Part shown: positions 1 to 15,515 of the stretch, piece by piece | Numbering within the stretch: position 1 is the first letter of the stretch | How the letters are laid out: every line of letters starts with the position of its first letter | NCBI GenBank assembly: GCA_002633005.1 | Contig: NMRA01000988.1 | Coordinates: forward strand, 1 to 40,134 | Direction: 5' to 3' | Origin: Phoronis australis | Taxonomy: Eukaryota; Animalia; Phoronida | DNA length: 40,134 nt | The notes under the pieces: model-generated | Databases searched by the model: none | Told to the model about the DNA's origin: nothing | Seen by the model: only the letters and a program-made list of their open reading frames with translations | Made by a program: the position numbers and the translations under genes

Positions 1-616
1 GGGCGGATTAACTGTGGAATTCTGAAATAGCAAACATAACTCGATAACGATTTCGGATGCCCTAATCATAACACCATGCATTCTAAACTACGCCGGCTCA
101 TAAACTATTCAAACTAAAACAATATTGTAGTTTTATGCAAACATTCGGCTTCAGTTTAAAGTCTACATGAAACAGTTCCGACAAAGACAAAGCTCATGAA
201 ATAGCGTGAATGGTAATTTTAGCAGGCCTGAATTTTATTGTTGAAAAAGTAGAAAATCATCGGGTTTTGCGCCGCAACTGTCCCCGACCTAAGTTGGTGA
301 GGCAACTCCACGCTCGCTAGCGTATTCTGAGTTTTCACCCCTCCGCTTGCGGTATACAACTCCTCGTTATGCCAGCACGCTCCACTAATTTGCAGTGCTT
401 TGCAAAAACTGGATTATAAGCCTTGAATATTTCTTTAACAAAAGACTCTCAGTAGAAAGAAAATACTAAATTGGTCCATTTCAAAGTATTCCAATCCCGC
501 CTACTTCAAGGGGTAGGAGTGTGCTTGGAAATGATTGGTGCACCGTGAGCAATTCACCGAGTAAAACTACATTCTCTGCCTCTCCCAAGTCTGTCAATAA
601 ACCGTCACCCGGTTGA

Positions 617-696
617 CCAAATATGGCACGACCTCACTTCCATATACGGCATAACCTCTGTCCATATAAGGAGTTGTGGCAGCTCAATTCCGAGAA
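617..696 (+). promoter_or_regulatory. Actin gene 1 proximal module: three CArG/CArG-like boxes plus a STAT-like site
   Basis: CCAAATATGG (617-626) and CCATATAAGG (662-671) are perfect CC(A/T)6GG; CCATATACGG (640-649) has one mismatch; TTCCGAGAA (688-696) fits TTCN3GAA. CArG/SRF sites are established in actin promoters. Confidence 0.8.
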
Positions 697-740
697 GCGA
701 TGAATGTTCATGTTTGTATCTAAATAGGTCATAGCTGCCC

Positions 741-777
741 TATATAACCTAAACCGCCGGCCGGTGTTTCTCACTTG
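741..777 (+). promoter_or_regulatory. TATA box and Inr-like start of actin gene 1
   Basis: TATATAA at 741-747, TCACTT Inr-like motif ~30 nt downstream (771-776), ATG at 834 in AAAATG context. Confidence 0.7.
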
Positions 778-815
778 ATTAGCATACCGCTCCAGCTTGT
801 ACCACGTTCAGCTAA

Positions 816-1016
<201 letters not shown>

Positions 1017-1839
1017 TAGCCTGCGCCTCAAAGCTGTAAGCCGAAACGCGTGTTTGTACTTGCTTACCCTGGAAATTTAGTAGTTCATAACTTTCAAAGA
1101 GTCTAAAAGCAAAAAAACCGCACATAGTCGAAAATGGCACACGTTGCCAAATAAAATGCTGCGTTTAATTGCCTTTGTTGTATTACTGAATGGCCAAAAC
1201 GAATGCGAAGTATGTGCCGTTTTAAAATTTACAAATGATCTTTTCAGTGTAAGTAGTATGCCCAAAGTTTCAAAAATCGACCGTTAATTTCGTGTGTTCT
1301 GCCGCTAGTTTGAAACTGAACTAATGCCTTTTTCATTCATTCTATAGTCCGTCCGTTGATCAATTCAATGGGTGAAAAGCTGTTTTTCAACCCGCCATGT
1401 AGTGAATAGCGTCTGCGGAATAATTACAATACTGAATGAGTTATGGCCATTTGTTAGGCGCCAAACTGTTCAACCAATGAAAGAATTTCTAAGCCGGTTG
1501 TCAAATCTAACGTACAACTCAAAAAGATGGCTGATTGAACGCGATAAACCATTTGCAACATATTTTACGCCTTACTGAAAAAGATGATTTATACTAAAGA
1601 ACAACTTGTTACGAAAATGACTGGTTCCTTGAGTGATGAGCGGCACTATTTGTCCGTTTAAATTTGAAACTGTGACATAACTACCAATTTATTTGTGGCC
1701 ACATTTTATGCCGGCGTTGATACCAGTGACATTTCTTATGATGAATATAACAATAAATGAGGCTTGGGGTCAAAGTGTACACAACTTTTTGCACGTTTTA
1801 GCTCTACGAAATAACGTATAACGTTGATGCTTTTTCTAG

Positions 1840-2229
<390 letters not shown>

Positions 2230-2290
2230 TAACTGATTGACCAGTGCTAGCTTCAGCCCAGGTGCTAAAGTTTTATTACGTTCTGTTTAA

Positions 2291-2590
<300 letters not shown>

Positions 2591-2723
2591 TAGATAAATT
2601 TTTGCAGTAACATTTTCTGATGCCTATAGGTAAACTACTTATAACTCCAGTGCAAAATTTACTATTTCATTTAATTGAAAACCGTCTTTTACGTTTTGCC
2701 TGCATATTATTTTTTTTTTCTAG

Positions 2724-3113
<390 letters not shown>

Positions 3114-3384
3114 GCAATGACAACCAAAGGTCTTTCATCATCAATCCCTTGTTAACAATCGATCTTTTCCTGATAACCAAATTCTTTCAGTTGAGGTGGT
3201 TTTAGTAGAATTTTCACTAATGACCTGTTAAAAGTCGTGTAGATAGTGTGACTCGATGGAACGTAGTTTAGCCACTTTTAATACCCATTGGTTAAAATTC
3301 TATTGACAACTGTGCGGTTTTGCTGAGTAAATCCCTTTGTGGGGTTTAGAGTTGCTTGTTTATATATATTTATTATTTGTATAT

Positions 3385-3390
3385 AATACA
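3385..3390 (+). terminator. Possible non-canonical poly(A) signal AATACA for actin 1
   Basis: No AATAAA seen in the 3' region; AATACA lies in an AT-rich tract followed by GT-rich sequence. Confidence 0.3.
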
Positions 3391-3840
3391 TTTTGTATGA
3401 GGACTTGTGGTGTTTAATTTTGCGCATCTGGGAACAGTCTCTGCCAAACTATCAGATATATTTTTAATCAAAAAGAGCTTCATGAAATGCACTTAAAAAA
3501 ATTAGAAACGGCCTGCTGACGTTTACAGCGTTTGCTTATAACCAGATGAATTACAATTTTACGCGGCGTGTGCAAGAGTGTCATGCGAATACCTAAAACA
3601 GTAGCTGAAAAGCTCCACGTTACGCAATCGAAAAGAGCGGATAGTTTTACGCAGGAGTTTAAGTGGGATTGACAACAAGTGGAAAGACTTGAAGAAAGTG
3701 ACTTAACACGCATGCAGTCGTCAAAAACTGCATTTCTTCGGTATGTAGGTTTTTGTGTTAAATGGCCGATATTGTTTCTTCCGCTCATTTTTTAGATTGG
3801 CTTATGGAAGTCTCCTTTATCAGCTATTCAGCCATATCAG

Positions 3841-4891
3841 TCCTTTGTTTTTTGATTTTACGAGCAATTGTCTGTTCCCACCTATGCCTGCCAAACACTC
3901 GCTGATTTCTAATTTGAGTTCATCGGTTAGAAGGACATCGTTTTACGGTCAAAAAACTCATTTTGGGATTTGACTGTATAAACCTACAACGAAATCGGTT
4001 GCGTTTTTTGCGATTTAATACAAATCGCCGCCTCTTGCCGCGATCTCCCGGACAATCGCTAAAATCGGGGTGCCTATCGCATATATACGCATAAAAAGTA
4101 TTTGATTATGTACGTGTGGGAGTAAGCACAGCAGCAGAACATTCGACTGTATTTGCGTGAGTGATCTCGCTCTGATGCTGTTTCCTGTATTTATTACATG
4201 TACTTATCATGCCCTTGAAGTACGGAGAAAAATTCACCATCTATCGAGTGCGATTTAGCAGAGCGCTTAACAGCGAACCCGGAGGTTCCTGACTAGAATT
4301 CGCGTTGGGGCACACATTCTTGCCCATAGTATCAATCAGGGCGGATCCAAGATTTTGAGTTGGGGCNTCCTTGTTTTTTGATTTTATGAGCAATTGTCTG
4401 TTCCCACCTATGCCTGCCAAACACTCGCTGATTTCAAAGTTGAGTTCATCGGTTAGAAGGACATCGTTTTACGGTCAAAAAACTCATTTTGGATTAGACT
4501 GTATAAACCTACAACAAAATCGGTTGCGTTTTTTGTGATTTTATACAAATCGCCGCCTTTTGCCGCGATCTCCCGGACAATCGCTAAAATCGGGGTGCCT
4601 ATCGCATATATACGCATAAAAAGTATTTGATTACGTACGTGTGGGAGTAAGCACAGCAGCAGAACATTCGACTGCATTTGCGTGTGTGATCTCGCACTGA
4701 TGTTGTTTCCTGTATTTATTACATGTACTTATCATGCCCTTGAAGTACGGAGAAAAATTCACCATCTATCGAGTGCGATTTAGCAGAGCGCTTAACAGCG
4801 AACCCGGAGGTTCCTGACTAGAATTTGCTATGGGGCACACATTCTTGCCCATAGTATCAATCAGGGCGGATCCAAGATTTTGAGTTGGGGC
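3841..4891 (+). repeat. ~525-bp near-identical tandem duplication (3841-4366 / 4368-4891) flanking a single N
   Basis: The copies align end to end with scattered SNPs and the junction is the N at 4367; probably two haplotypes assembled in tandem. Confidence 0.9.
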
Positions 4892-7800
4892 TTGGGGGGC
4901 AGGGCAGAGTATTAGCTAGTATTTTGCTCGTCAGACATTCACATCCCCGAACTGCCACATCGAATCGGAGAATTTTAGGGGGACCTAGCCCCCCCGTAAA
5001 TCCGGCAATGGTTATAAATTGCAAGACTTTCAAATTCACAGCATGGAATTTTTGGGTAACTTTCTCGGAAGGATTCATGTAGACAGGTTTAGTTGACAGG
5101 GGTTTGGGAGCCGCCTCCCAAGAAATTTCCATAACTTATTCTAGTTAATGTGAATTCTGGCTTACTCGGTTCATGAGTGAAATTTGTACTAAAATATCCT
5201 CATAAATCCTAGTTCACTGCACTGCGAGAAATGTTAACAGTGTGCAAGGCCATCAAAATCATGCTATTGATTGACAATGTAACAGACAAAGCGAGTTTCG
5301 TACGAGCAAATCCTTCTTTCATCTACAATGCCTTCGAACGACCTGCAAAGAAATAACATTTTTTTGTTCATTTGAAAAGTACCGATGTTTTTATTGTAAC
5401 AATACCATCGAGAATAGTACCTTCGTAAAATTCAGAATTATCGACTATCAGCCATCTCGCTCTTTCAGTTACTGCCAATGCCATTTTAACATTACATTTA
5501 TACATTCCCATTTTTGGTTGCTTGGGCGGCATATCTGACTAGACGTCGTTGGGCTTCACATGAGCATGTTTTGTGCCAAATTAGTCAAAAATTGCTATTC
5601 CCACTCGGATTTATAAAGGGCAAAGGTGGAAATGCGCCGGCCGCACCTCCAAAAAGGACTTCGCATAAGGAGGTCCCTGAATAAGAAAGGCATACTGACC
5701 AAATACTGCAATTTGAAAGGCTAGATCACTATAAAATGGAAAGGGAGGCAAATTAATTCCATCATTCGGTCCTCTCTGTGAGTGTCCCCTCAAGAATTTT
5801 CGGGTTGGCCACTCCCAACACACTCAATCGATTTCTCGAGTCTGTTGATGGTTTAAACGTTCTAGATGGTAACGGAAATAGATTGCAATGATGGTAAGGC
5901 CTCTAATTAGAATGATTTTATGAGAGTATAAAGCTAAAAATTTGTTATTTAGCCGTGTTCTAGCCATCCAAAGAGGACGCAGCTTTGGAAATTGCTGAAT
6001 TTAGACACGATTTTGTATGTAAGTCAATATTTTTACGACCGTTGTTGACTGTATATTCTCAATGAACGATCTATTTGTGACTGAAAATTATCATAGACAT
6101 TGAAAGGTAGCTGGTTATGATTGAAGTTGAATTTACATCTTTATTTTACACGCTTTTTAAAATTTTTATTAAGAAGAACAGGTTTGTTTACCCTGCAAAT
6201 TGTTTCTGTTTCGACAAAAACGACGACTTGTTAATGTTTCTATAAAACCTTTACTCTTCTACAATTATTAAACCTCCTCAGTGTTAAACCAATATATCGA
6301 TGTGGTAGATCACCATGAGTGTATGTTTAGGAAAATTAGTATTTCAGTATGGAAAGAATGCCAAGAAATTTAGCAGTTGTATTAAAAATTTCCCGAGCAT
6401 GCCCGTTTTTTTTTGTTTGTGATGAGTGATATTTATTAGTATTTAATTAATCAAAAACGTCCTGCAGATTACTGTTTACACTGATGGTTTGTTGACTGAA
6501 GGCTGCAGCGTACATGTGGCCTGACGTGTTTTCAGCAGTGCCAGGACCTACGGTAGGACCTAGCTATTATCTAGCCAAAGTCACATGTTCTCATTTAAAA
6601 GAGACAGCACGTGTCACGTAATCTCGTGAAGTCTTTCTTTTTAGCTAGGTTCTAGCGTTACTGAACGGGAGGCTAGTCTCAAGCAATAACGAACTGTCAC
6701 TTCTTTCCAAGTCAAAAATGATCTCTAAGTTGACTACGGAAATTTTGACACCAATTTCGTAACGATAAACGGTCTAAACCGAAAGTTGTTTTTTGGCGAA
6801 ACGCGGGGTTTGCCACTTTAAGCATTTTCGTCATTCTCACAAAACATGAACATGACTTGCAACATGGTTGCAACGCTACGGTTGGGTTGCCTGTCATACT
6901 TCACCAATTCTCGCCAAGGTGCAGAGAAAGACACCACTACAACAGAAATGTATAATAAAGCATAATTCATGTAAACCATTTTGAGTAAACAAAAGTTCCC
7001 AGCTCTTTGGTTTACTTTTAATCTTCACAACTGGGTGCCCTTGTTTTCACGCTGTATAACTTTCCTCTTTGAAAAAGGTCTTTTACAACCTGCACTTATC
7101 AAAGGACGTCGCAAGTGTTTAGCACCAATCAAGAGGAGCATTGACGTAGACAGCGGAGATAAGTTTTTGAATTTTAACGAGGCATCCTTTTTATCAAAAG
7201 TTTTTGTTGCCATCTCCGCTATTCTCGATTTCTTGCACGTTTTCTTTTAGATCCCGTGTATTTATTCATACCGTAGTCTACTTTATGTTTACAAAATAAA
7301 TTCAGACAGGCGGCAATTCAATGAACGAAAAATATGAAGTGTATTTTACATCAAACTTCAAAGCGCTAACACAGTCAAACTTTATCCGCAGCAGGAATAT
7401 TCGTAAATCGTTCAATTCTAATTTGTGAAAAGAAAAGGTCGGTCACTAACTTGCATACACAACGCAATTGAGGTTTCTACCTGATCATGATGACAGACTC
7501 AAGCGAACATAGTGAATAGGACTAGTCCTCTCCCCGGTTGAATTAAGGCTGTCATACCGAGTTGTAAAACTAAGTGAAACCCATTTGAATCCGCTACCGT
7601 TCAGAAATATTCGCGAGAACGAACCCAGTGACTTACGGGTAGACCCTACTTCTCGACTCTTTGTCAGTCGAGTTATCGTTTCCGTCGACGCTGCATGTGT
7701 GCTGTTGTAGAGCGTCCTCTGTCGTTTTTTTTTGAACTTTTGGCTTTAGACAATAATTCGTTATAAACATTTCATTTGCACACAGGCCTTAAAGCCTGAT

Positions 7801-8746
7801 TATCAAAACCTTTTAACAAATTCAAAGATAATCACTTTTTAAATTTTATTATATAAAGCAAATTGATTGAAGGTGCGTTAAAGAGCATGTTTGACTACTC
7901 TTTAAAGTTTAAAAAATCGGCTTATGGGCCACTAAGATTTGTTTCCCAAATAATACTTTCAAGCAAAGGAAGTCAAAATACTTTTCTGGACACCGATTAG
8001 ATTAGCGATTATGTGTGTGTTTTCACAGACGGAACAAGTTCAAAGAAGATTCAACCCACTTAAAATGCCCCCTTCGGACATCAAATGCAAAATATTCGGA
8101 TACGTATTAAATCTTTACCGTCATATCTACCAGTTCGGTTGCGGTTTATGAGAAAAAAAAATAGCAGAGAGAATTGAGTGAGACGCTAACGCCCGTGCGG
8201 GACTCCGTAGGGAAGTTAATCAAAGCCGGAGTGAAAAAAAAACACAACAGCTAACCTCACTCCTGAGTGTGTGCGAGAAAAGAGACGAAGAACAGAAGAA
8301 CAGTGGAGGAGTAATCTGTCTAGAATTTTGGGTTTGTATTCCTCTTCCGTTTTCCACTGAGAAATTGACTGACATTCATGCCAACTTATGATTGAATTTA
8401 AGTCTAAACCTAAATTATTTGAAGATCGGTTTATTTTCTTTAAATTTTCAATCAATTTACGCTGCATTTCTACCATGTTGAGCTTAAAACGAGAACCAAA
8501 TTAGGCCTTTTTCTCAAGAAAATCAGCCTCGTTATATTCCTAAACTGCGATAAAATTCGACCCCTATCTGACACGAGCCTTGAAATTGCAGGAGGTCTGC
8601 CGTGGTACACATTGTGCCAGAGGTATGCGGGTATCTCATCTGGGCCCATTACACTGATCACTGGAATCATTTTATGTTTTATTAATAATACTTAAACGCG
8701 AACTGAAGAGCAAGAGACCTGACGCAAGGGTTCAACGGTGTGCCTA

Positions 8747-9082
8747 AAGCCTTGGTCACAACCCGCCGTACGTGCAAGTGCGTGCTGTCTACGTGTAAAA
8801 ACGTGGGGGAAATTTGGCGATCCGTACGTGGCAAGTACGGCCTCCGTGCGTTTTGGTGAATACGCAGGAGAACGCAGACACGACGTAGCACTTTTAGTGC
8901 ATGCAGAACTTTCTCTGCGTACAAGCTGCGTTCGCATTTACAGATTCACGGCAGTACGTGTGACGTACGTCCTCCCTGCGCTTGGCACTCCCTACTCACG
9001 TTTTCAGAAAAACGTGGAGCCCGTGGCGTCCGCAGAAAACGTACGAACAATAAACACGCACGGCGGGTTGTGACCATAGCTT
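8747..9082. mobile_element. MITE with ~28-bp TIRs (PIF/Harbinger-like terminus), TA-flanked
   Basis: Left AAGCCTTGGTCACAACCCGCCGTACGTG vs right reverse complement AAGCTATGGTCACAACCCGCCGTGCGTG; TA on both sides (8745-46, 9083-84); CpG-rich interior. Confidence 0.85.
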
Positions 9083-9685
9083 TAGTGGGACTCGAACCCA
9101 CGACCTTGAGTTAAGGCTGCTCTAAGTTAAACTCGTTTTTGAATTTTTTGCATACTAAGCGAAATTTCCTGCCCTGGACTCTGCCATAAATCTCTTAGCT
9201 GACAAAACCCGCACAAGACTACTCATCGATCAGGCAACTCGATTTTCTTCTGATGCGTAGAGCAAAAAGACAAGTACTATCACTCGACCCGTTCCAAGAA
9301 ACTGACCTAAGTTCATTTTTTACCTAAAGGCCTGTGATCCGAGTTTTAGCCAAAAAACCCTTAACGCTGTTTTAGCCATAACAAAAATTCAGGAAGTTAT
9401 TAACTTTCAACACGTGCAAAAATCTGCCTATAAACGCTAAGATTTGTCTCAACATCCAAACTTTTAAACTCCCACATCCGACAAGTTAGTAAAAATTTGG
9501 ACAAAATTTAAGCCAAAAAACTAAAGTCAAACTCAAGATCTCTTTCTTGAAACGAACTTGAGCAAGACAAATTCCGAGTTTTATTTTAATTTAACTGAAA
9601 TTTAAGGTTTGTCTTATCTAAGACGGCTTTCTTTTTACGGGACCCTGAACTCTCATTTCCTCGTGCATATGTGATCCAGGTAATT

Positions 9686-9689
<4 letters not shown>

Positions 9690-9724
<35 letters not shown>
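9690..9724 (+). repeat. Poly(A) tract (35 nt)
   Basis: Directly visible homopolymer. Confidence 0.95.
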
Positions 9725-9725
<1 letters not shown>

Positions 9726-10592
9726 AGTGCAGGTGGTCTGATGTCATTTGCGGTGCATCAGACGTGCGCAGGCCTCATGGTTGGACCCATTGCACAAAAC
9801 ACCTGAGCAAAGGCACGAGACCCCAATTATGGCTCCTCGTGAAGAAAGTTTTCAAGTCTGCCACTCTCCTTTAGGAAAACGGACAGACGTTTCCATTTGT
9901 TGCCGTGCACTATATGTTGTAGGCATGTAACAATGCCATCCAGTAGGTTGCTCCTTAGCCTATAAAAAGCTGGGCAAGACTCTAATTTCTTTGCTGAGCA
10001 TTTTTGAAAGGCACACGTATCTAAAATTTTGCATTCTATTGACTGTTGTTGGCATACCGCAGGCAAGCCTATTATAAATACACGCATGCGATAATCTGAG
10101 GTAAATTCGAGAAATTAGGTTACACATTGCGTAGGCTTCATTGTCGCCGATTACGCCTATATCACATAAATGAAAACAAACCCCACAAGTTCTGACCTGG
10201 TAAAACAGCGAAACGCTTCGTACATTAAGGTGCACGAAATGACATACGCGATACAGAGGGTCAATGGTCGGGAAATGCTTTTTTTGGATTTTTTCATACT
10301 TGGACTGAAATGGTTATGGTTTATCATTAGAATGACGTGCGCACAATCCTACTAAAGACACAGTGCCATCGTTACATCCTCCCGACGGTAAACTGCGCAA
10401 TCCATGATAGCGCATAAATGTTCGTCATGACGCGTTTGTGACTTGCCTTTGTCGCGCTGTGTTACTTGCCACAGGGGCATTCCAGCTGGCAGAGTTCTCT
10501 GTTGCTGCGATTGTTACTGAAACAATGACCATCATTAAAGGATTTCAACCTATATCTAAACACTAAATGCAGACGACACAAACAAGGTCTGA

Positions 10593-10667
10593 ACAAATAA
10601 GGGCACGCTGCCTTATACGGCAACATGTCACTCTATATATGGTTATGCATTGATATTTTTCCGAGAA
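10593..10667 (+). promoter_or_regulatory. Actin gene 2 promoter module homologous to 617-696
   Basis: ACAAATAAGG (10593), CCTTATACGG (10611), CTATATATGG (10633), TTCCGAGAA (10659); the spacings of 22 and 26 nt are identical to gene 1. Confidence 0.7.
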
Positions 10668-10780
10668 GAGGAGGTCAACTTTGCAAAGGTCACTGTCGAC
10701 CAATTGTATGATATCTAAACTCTTGTATCGATATTGTATTGTCACTCCTGTCTGAGCTGCCGTGCGAACTGAGAAGGCTN

Positions 10781-11108
<328 letters not shown>

Positions 11109-11230
11109 TGACAAAATGGCAAGCTTGTTATTTCAACATAGGCTTAGAATGGTTATCAATTCATTGCACTAATTCATTGCAATTAAAAACTCGGGCAATA
11201 GTTTTGAATCTGATTGTTTACAAGATTTAA

Positions 11231-11638
<408 letters not shown>

Positions 11639-11759
11639 GCAGTTTAAACCATTCCTTCTTTGCTTGACCCGTTCCCTCAAAATTTGGCGAAAGTGTTCAT
11701 TCTTATTTTGTACTTTGTTATCATACTCAAAGGCATCGGTTATGACAGTTGTTGACAAA

Positions 11760-11765
11760 AATAAA
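11760..11765 (+). terminator. AATAAA poly(A) signal of actin gene 2
   Basis: Canonical hexamer ~120 nt after the stop, followed by a T/GT-rich tract. Confidence 0.65.
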
Positions 11766-12258
11766 TTTTGAAAATGATAGAAAGGCTTTGTTTTTCTTTC
11801 GATTCTGTTTCAATTGTGAAGAGCCTCACGGTAGATTTTTCAACTACTAACTATTTCAACACCTCTCAATGAGCTAAGGGCCTAAACTGGCATCTTTAGC
11901 TATTGGTTATACACTACTGCCACAAAAGAATTTATGGAATATTACGAGAACAAAAGTGAAGCTTGTATTAGGGCTGCGGAAAATAACTTTGATCCTTCCG
12001 TCACCGCCATTTTCACGCCACCTGGTCGCACCTAGGCTATGTCCTGTCTACACTCTTTCCCAGTGTTGTGAACATTAGCACTGGGTAATGATGACGAATT
12101 TGGCTTTTCCTAATCCTTACCTGAACATGAAACTGGGCTAGCTCAAGTACTCTAGGTATACAGCGGGACCCCAGAGGTTTTTTGAGGATGAACCGTAACC
12201 GATTTTCTGTGATATCACAGTACGGATCCATAGGTATCCCAATGTCAGGAGATGGCAT

Positions 12259-12625
12259 CTGGGCCCGGTCTCTCTGTAATCTCTTTATTGAAGTGGAACT
12301 CGAAATTATGTTTGGCATTTTTTATTACTTTTGTGCGTACTCAAGATGAGTGTCTGTTATTCTGCGATCGAGTACATAATGCCTGAGGTGGATAATTTAT
12401 CAGTTCTAGTTTGAACTCGAAATTTCGACTTTTTACTCTAGTTTTTAGCACGAATATCAGGGTCTTCAAGTGCAAACATTGACTAGAAACTCGTATGCAT
12501 AAACTATAATGTATTCGAGCACAGTTTGATAACCACTGAAATTATGTTAGCACAAACGGAGCAGAGAAATTGCCAAAAATAATTTCAAGTTCATTTGAAG
12601 TTCAAAGATTAGAGACCGGCCCCTG
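12259..12625. mobile_element. MITE with long imperfect TIRs (~60 bp)
   Basis: Left CTGGGCCCGGTCTCT...GAACTCGAAATTATGTTTGGCA vs right revcomp CAGGGGCCGGTCTCT...GAACTTGAAATTATTTTTGGCA; no clear TSD. Confidence 0.75.
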
Positions 12626-13824
12626 GCAGGTTCGCTCTGGTGGGTGTGGTCGGGGGGGGGGGCATGAGAATGGCAGTCAAAAACTGAGCTTGATCAACTT
12701 AGTGGTAACCACTTAAAATTACCCGCGACACCTACTACCGTTAATTCACTGTATCAAAATTATTCACTGCCAGACCTCAGTTGTGGGGAAGTTAACTTAG
12801 GCCAAAAGCTGAGGTAGATCAATCCACGATGTAACCGCATAAAGTATGTTGCAAAAAATTCAACATCATCTCGTGAAGCATAAAAGAACACTGCCAGACA
12901 AATTCTGTGTTTGGTTTATCCCGTAAGAAACGCCCAAATCCCAGCGTTGATCTAGATCAACCAGTTGAAGCCAACTACATAATGATCAGCATCACTTCAA
13001 GTGGGTTACTCCCCCCCTCCCTCCAACACGCCCAGACCTCATAAAATATGTAGTCGACAAGAGAACACAAAGCAATGGTGTTTCTAATATGGGCCTAGAG
13101 CTGAATTCCAGCATTTATCAACATCAAGCTTTTCGAACTTTCAAGAAACAATGTTACACTATTTTTAACCCCTCTCAGAGAGCATATTGCCACATCGTTA
13201 ACAGAATTAGTTTCAATTTGTCATACTGCAAGTATTGTCGCTACTGTCGAAGAGCTTCAGTCACGTGTGAGAAAATTCCCGAATCTAAAAATAATCCTGC
13301 AGATTTATTCCCTGTTATGGATTAACAACTGTTTGTTTATGAAAAACATATTTTTGTACGCCATAGTAAGTTGCTTTCGAATGTCAGTCGACCACGTCTG
13401 CGCCAACAAAACATTGATGGGAACACTTAGAGAACCGGTAAGTCCTCATTCCAACCGCGTGTGATGGCAGCGTTAAAGCGTTGAGCGATGTCTGTAAGGT
13501 AAATACTGGGTATACGTCGTGGTCATGGAAAATCCCCCATTACGTTGCCAGAATCATGTTGTTGTTTACAATCCGACTCCGTAAAGGTACATACTTGATA
13601 CTACTATTTTCTGAATCCTCTAGTCATGGTGATTCCAAAAATGTATTACTTGTACTGATTGGATAATTATCATAAACAATTTTCAAGTTTTTCTAAAGCG
13701 TTCATTTGCAACGCGGATTTAGTGAGGCAGCCATTTTTAAAAGTGCAACACCTTTCGGCAGGATTGATAACTAATGGTTTTCGGCAAATTATGCCTCACA
13801 GTGACAAAATCGTCTAGCCTCGTT

Positions 13825-13860
13825 GCATATAGGAACCCTTTAGCATATAGGAACCCTTTA
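13825..13860 (+). repeat. Perfect 18-bp tandem duplication GCATATAGGAACCCTTTA x2
   Basis: Directly visible. Confidence 0.95.
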
Positions 13861-14802
13861 AGAGACAGTTTATCTCTTTGATTCCTTCCATCTCGAACAA
13901 ATACTCCGGCAATTAAAATTTCCTTTCAATGATATACGTTTTTTTCTCCAACGATGTCATTTTGTCCAGGTACGAGAGGTGCAACCCTGGTAGTTAAGTT
14001 TCAAGCACAAGCGAACTATGGCGTATCAGTATCAGCAATTAATGTAGTCAACATCTTGACCAAAACCCTTTTGTCCGTCCGCCCCTGTGAAGTGCCGGCT
14101 ACCACTTAGCATTGCCATGTAATTTAATTACTATCGGCTTTCAAAACTACTGATTCAGAAATTTGGGTTTTAAATCAAGAATTATGAAGAATCTGTTCTG
14201 ATACTAAGAAGTTTCAAGTTCTTTCCGAATATCCCATTCTGCGCCAGCAACGTAACACTCCTTGGCACGCGTGAAATTTCTCGTATCCCTATACGGTCAA
14301 AGTTAAAAACTTGACTGACGGTGGACTTCCAGCGTATAATATTATGTGACAGCTTGATGAATTTGGACGGGGAAAACTATTGGTATAATCACGGAATGAA
14401 CCGGACGCCTGAAAAAGCTCAGCTTATTTTTTGCAGATGTTTTGCAATGAGAAACCTTGATGTGAACATTTTTTAAAAACAAATGTGGTGATATGTGTCA
14501 TTTCAACTGCAAGATGTTTGTTTTTGTATCTGCGATAGGGCTCCAAGACCTTTTGAACAAATATAATCCAAGCTTGCTAATTATTAATTGATCAAAACTG
14601 GGACCAGGGCCGGCGTGTTCTAAAATTTATTTCTCAAGGCATTCAGCATTTATCACATTGACACATTGTTAGTTTAATGAAATGCCAATGTATCATGCAT
14701 AGCTAGTCACTTTGCAAAATGGACGTCTTATGATTACTTCGAATTACTTAAGGACATGAAATTGGCCAGGAACTTGAAAAGATTTCTACATGTCGTCGAG
14801 CT

Positions 14803-15086
14803 GTGTGGGAGTTTGCACCATTTTACTGCTTGATCCACATGTATCTATGATCAAGCAGAGCTAACTGTGGAATGAAGGAAGTATCAAGCATGTGTGAAAA
14901 TTTACGCCATCTTGATGCCTGATCCACGTGTGTTGAGATCAAGCAGAGTGTGGAATGGGGAAAGTGTCAAGCACGTGTTATAAGTTTCACTATCTCGCTG
15001 CCTGATCCTCGTGTATCTAAGACAAAGCTTAGCCAACTGTGGAATGAAGAAGTTCCAAAAATGTGTGAGAGGTTGCGCCATTTTAT
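14803..15086 (+). repeat. Minisatellite, ~85-bp unit x ~3.3 with internal hairpin
   Basis: Recurring TGATCCACRTGT...GATCAAGCAGAG...TGTGGAATG; perfect CTGCTTGATC/GATCAAGCAG inverted repeat at 14826-14858. Confidence 0.8.
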
Positions 15087-15441
15087 TTAGTTTAGTAAAA
15101 GAATATGTTTCTGAAAGCAGAAAGCCTGTAGAAATGTTTTACTTTATACCAGTCTGATATTAATTGAATCTCGTGACCTCGTCGTTTTAGTAACATTTAC
15201 CAAAAAGAAGTATACACCCATAGCAAAACAACGGTAACAATAACAGGACCAAATTTTGTTTGATTGATTTCAGTTTTCTAAATTATCATATCATTTTTAT
15301 TTCAAATCACTTTCGAATTTTTTCATAAAAATTCTATTTGTGATAGCCTCTCATGCAAAAGCGAAGACTTTAATTACTAACCGCATTTTTGAGAACAATG
15401 CGTATAGAAAGTAAGATGTCTGAACATTTCATATGAATCTG

Positions 15442-15515
15442 CATGGGCGGCAAAGCACTGAAAAAAGTGAGAGGGGCTATAGCCCCCCCCAGCCCTCTAT
15501 GGTGCGCCACCCCTG
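15442..15515. mobile_element. ~74-bp mini-MITE, same family as 27187-27257 (opposite orientation)
   Basis: CATGGGCGG...AGCACTGAAAAA...TATAGCCCC...CCCCTG aligns with the revcomp of 27187-27257. Confidence 0.7.

Noticed and set aside
717-728. MEF2 site (CTAAATAG)
   Set aside because: Two bases shorter than the YTA(A/T)4TAR consensus.
8682-9073. Three overlapping ORFs of 80-111 aa
   Set aside because: They coincide with the CpG-rich MITE, where stops are scarce.
14803-15086. C2H2 zinc-finger array (period near 84 bp)
   Set aside because: No CxxC...HxxxH pattern seen; unit lengths break the frame.
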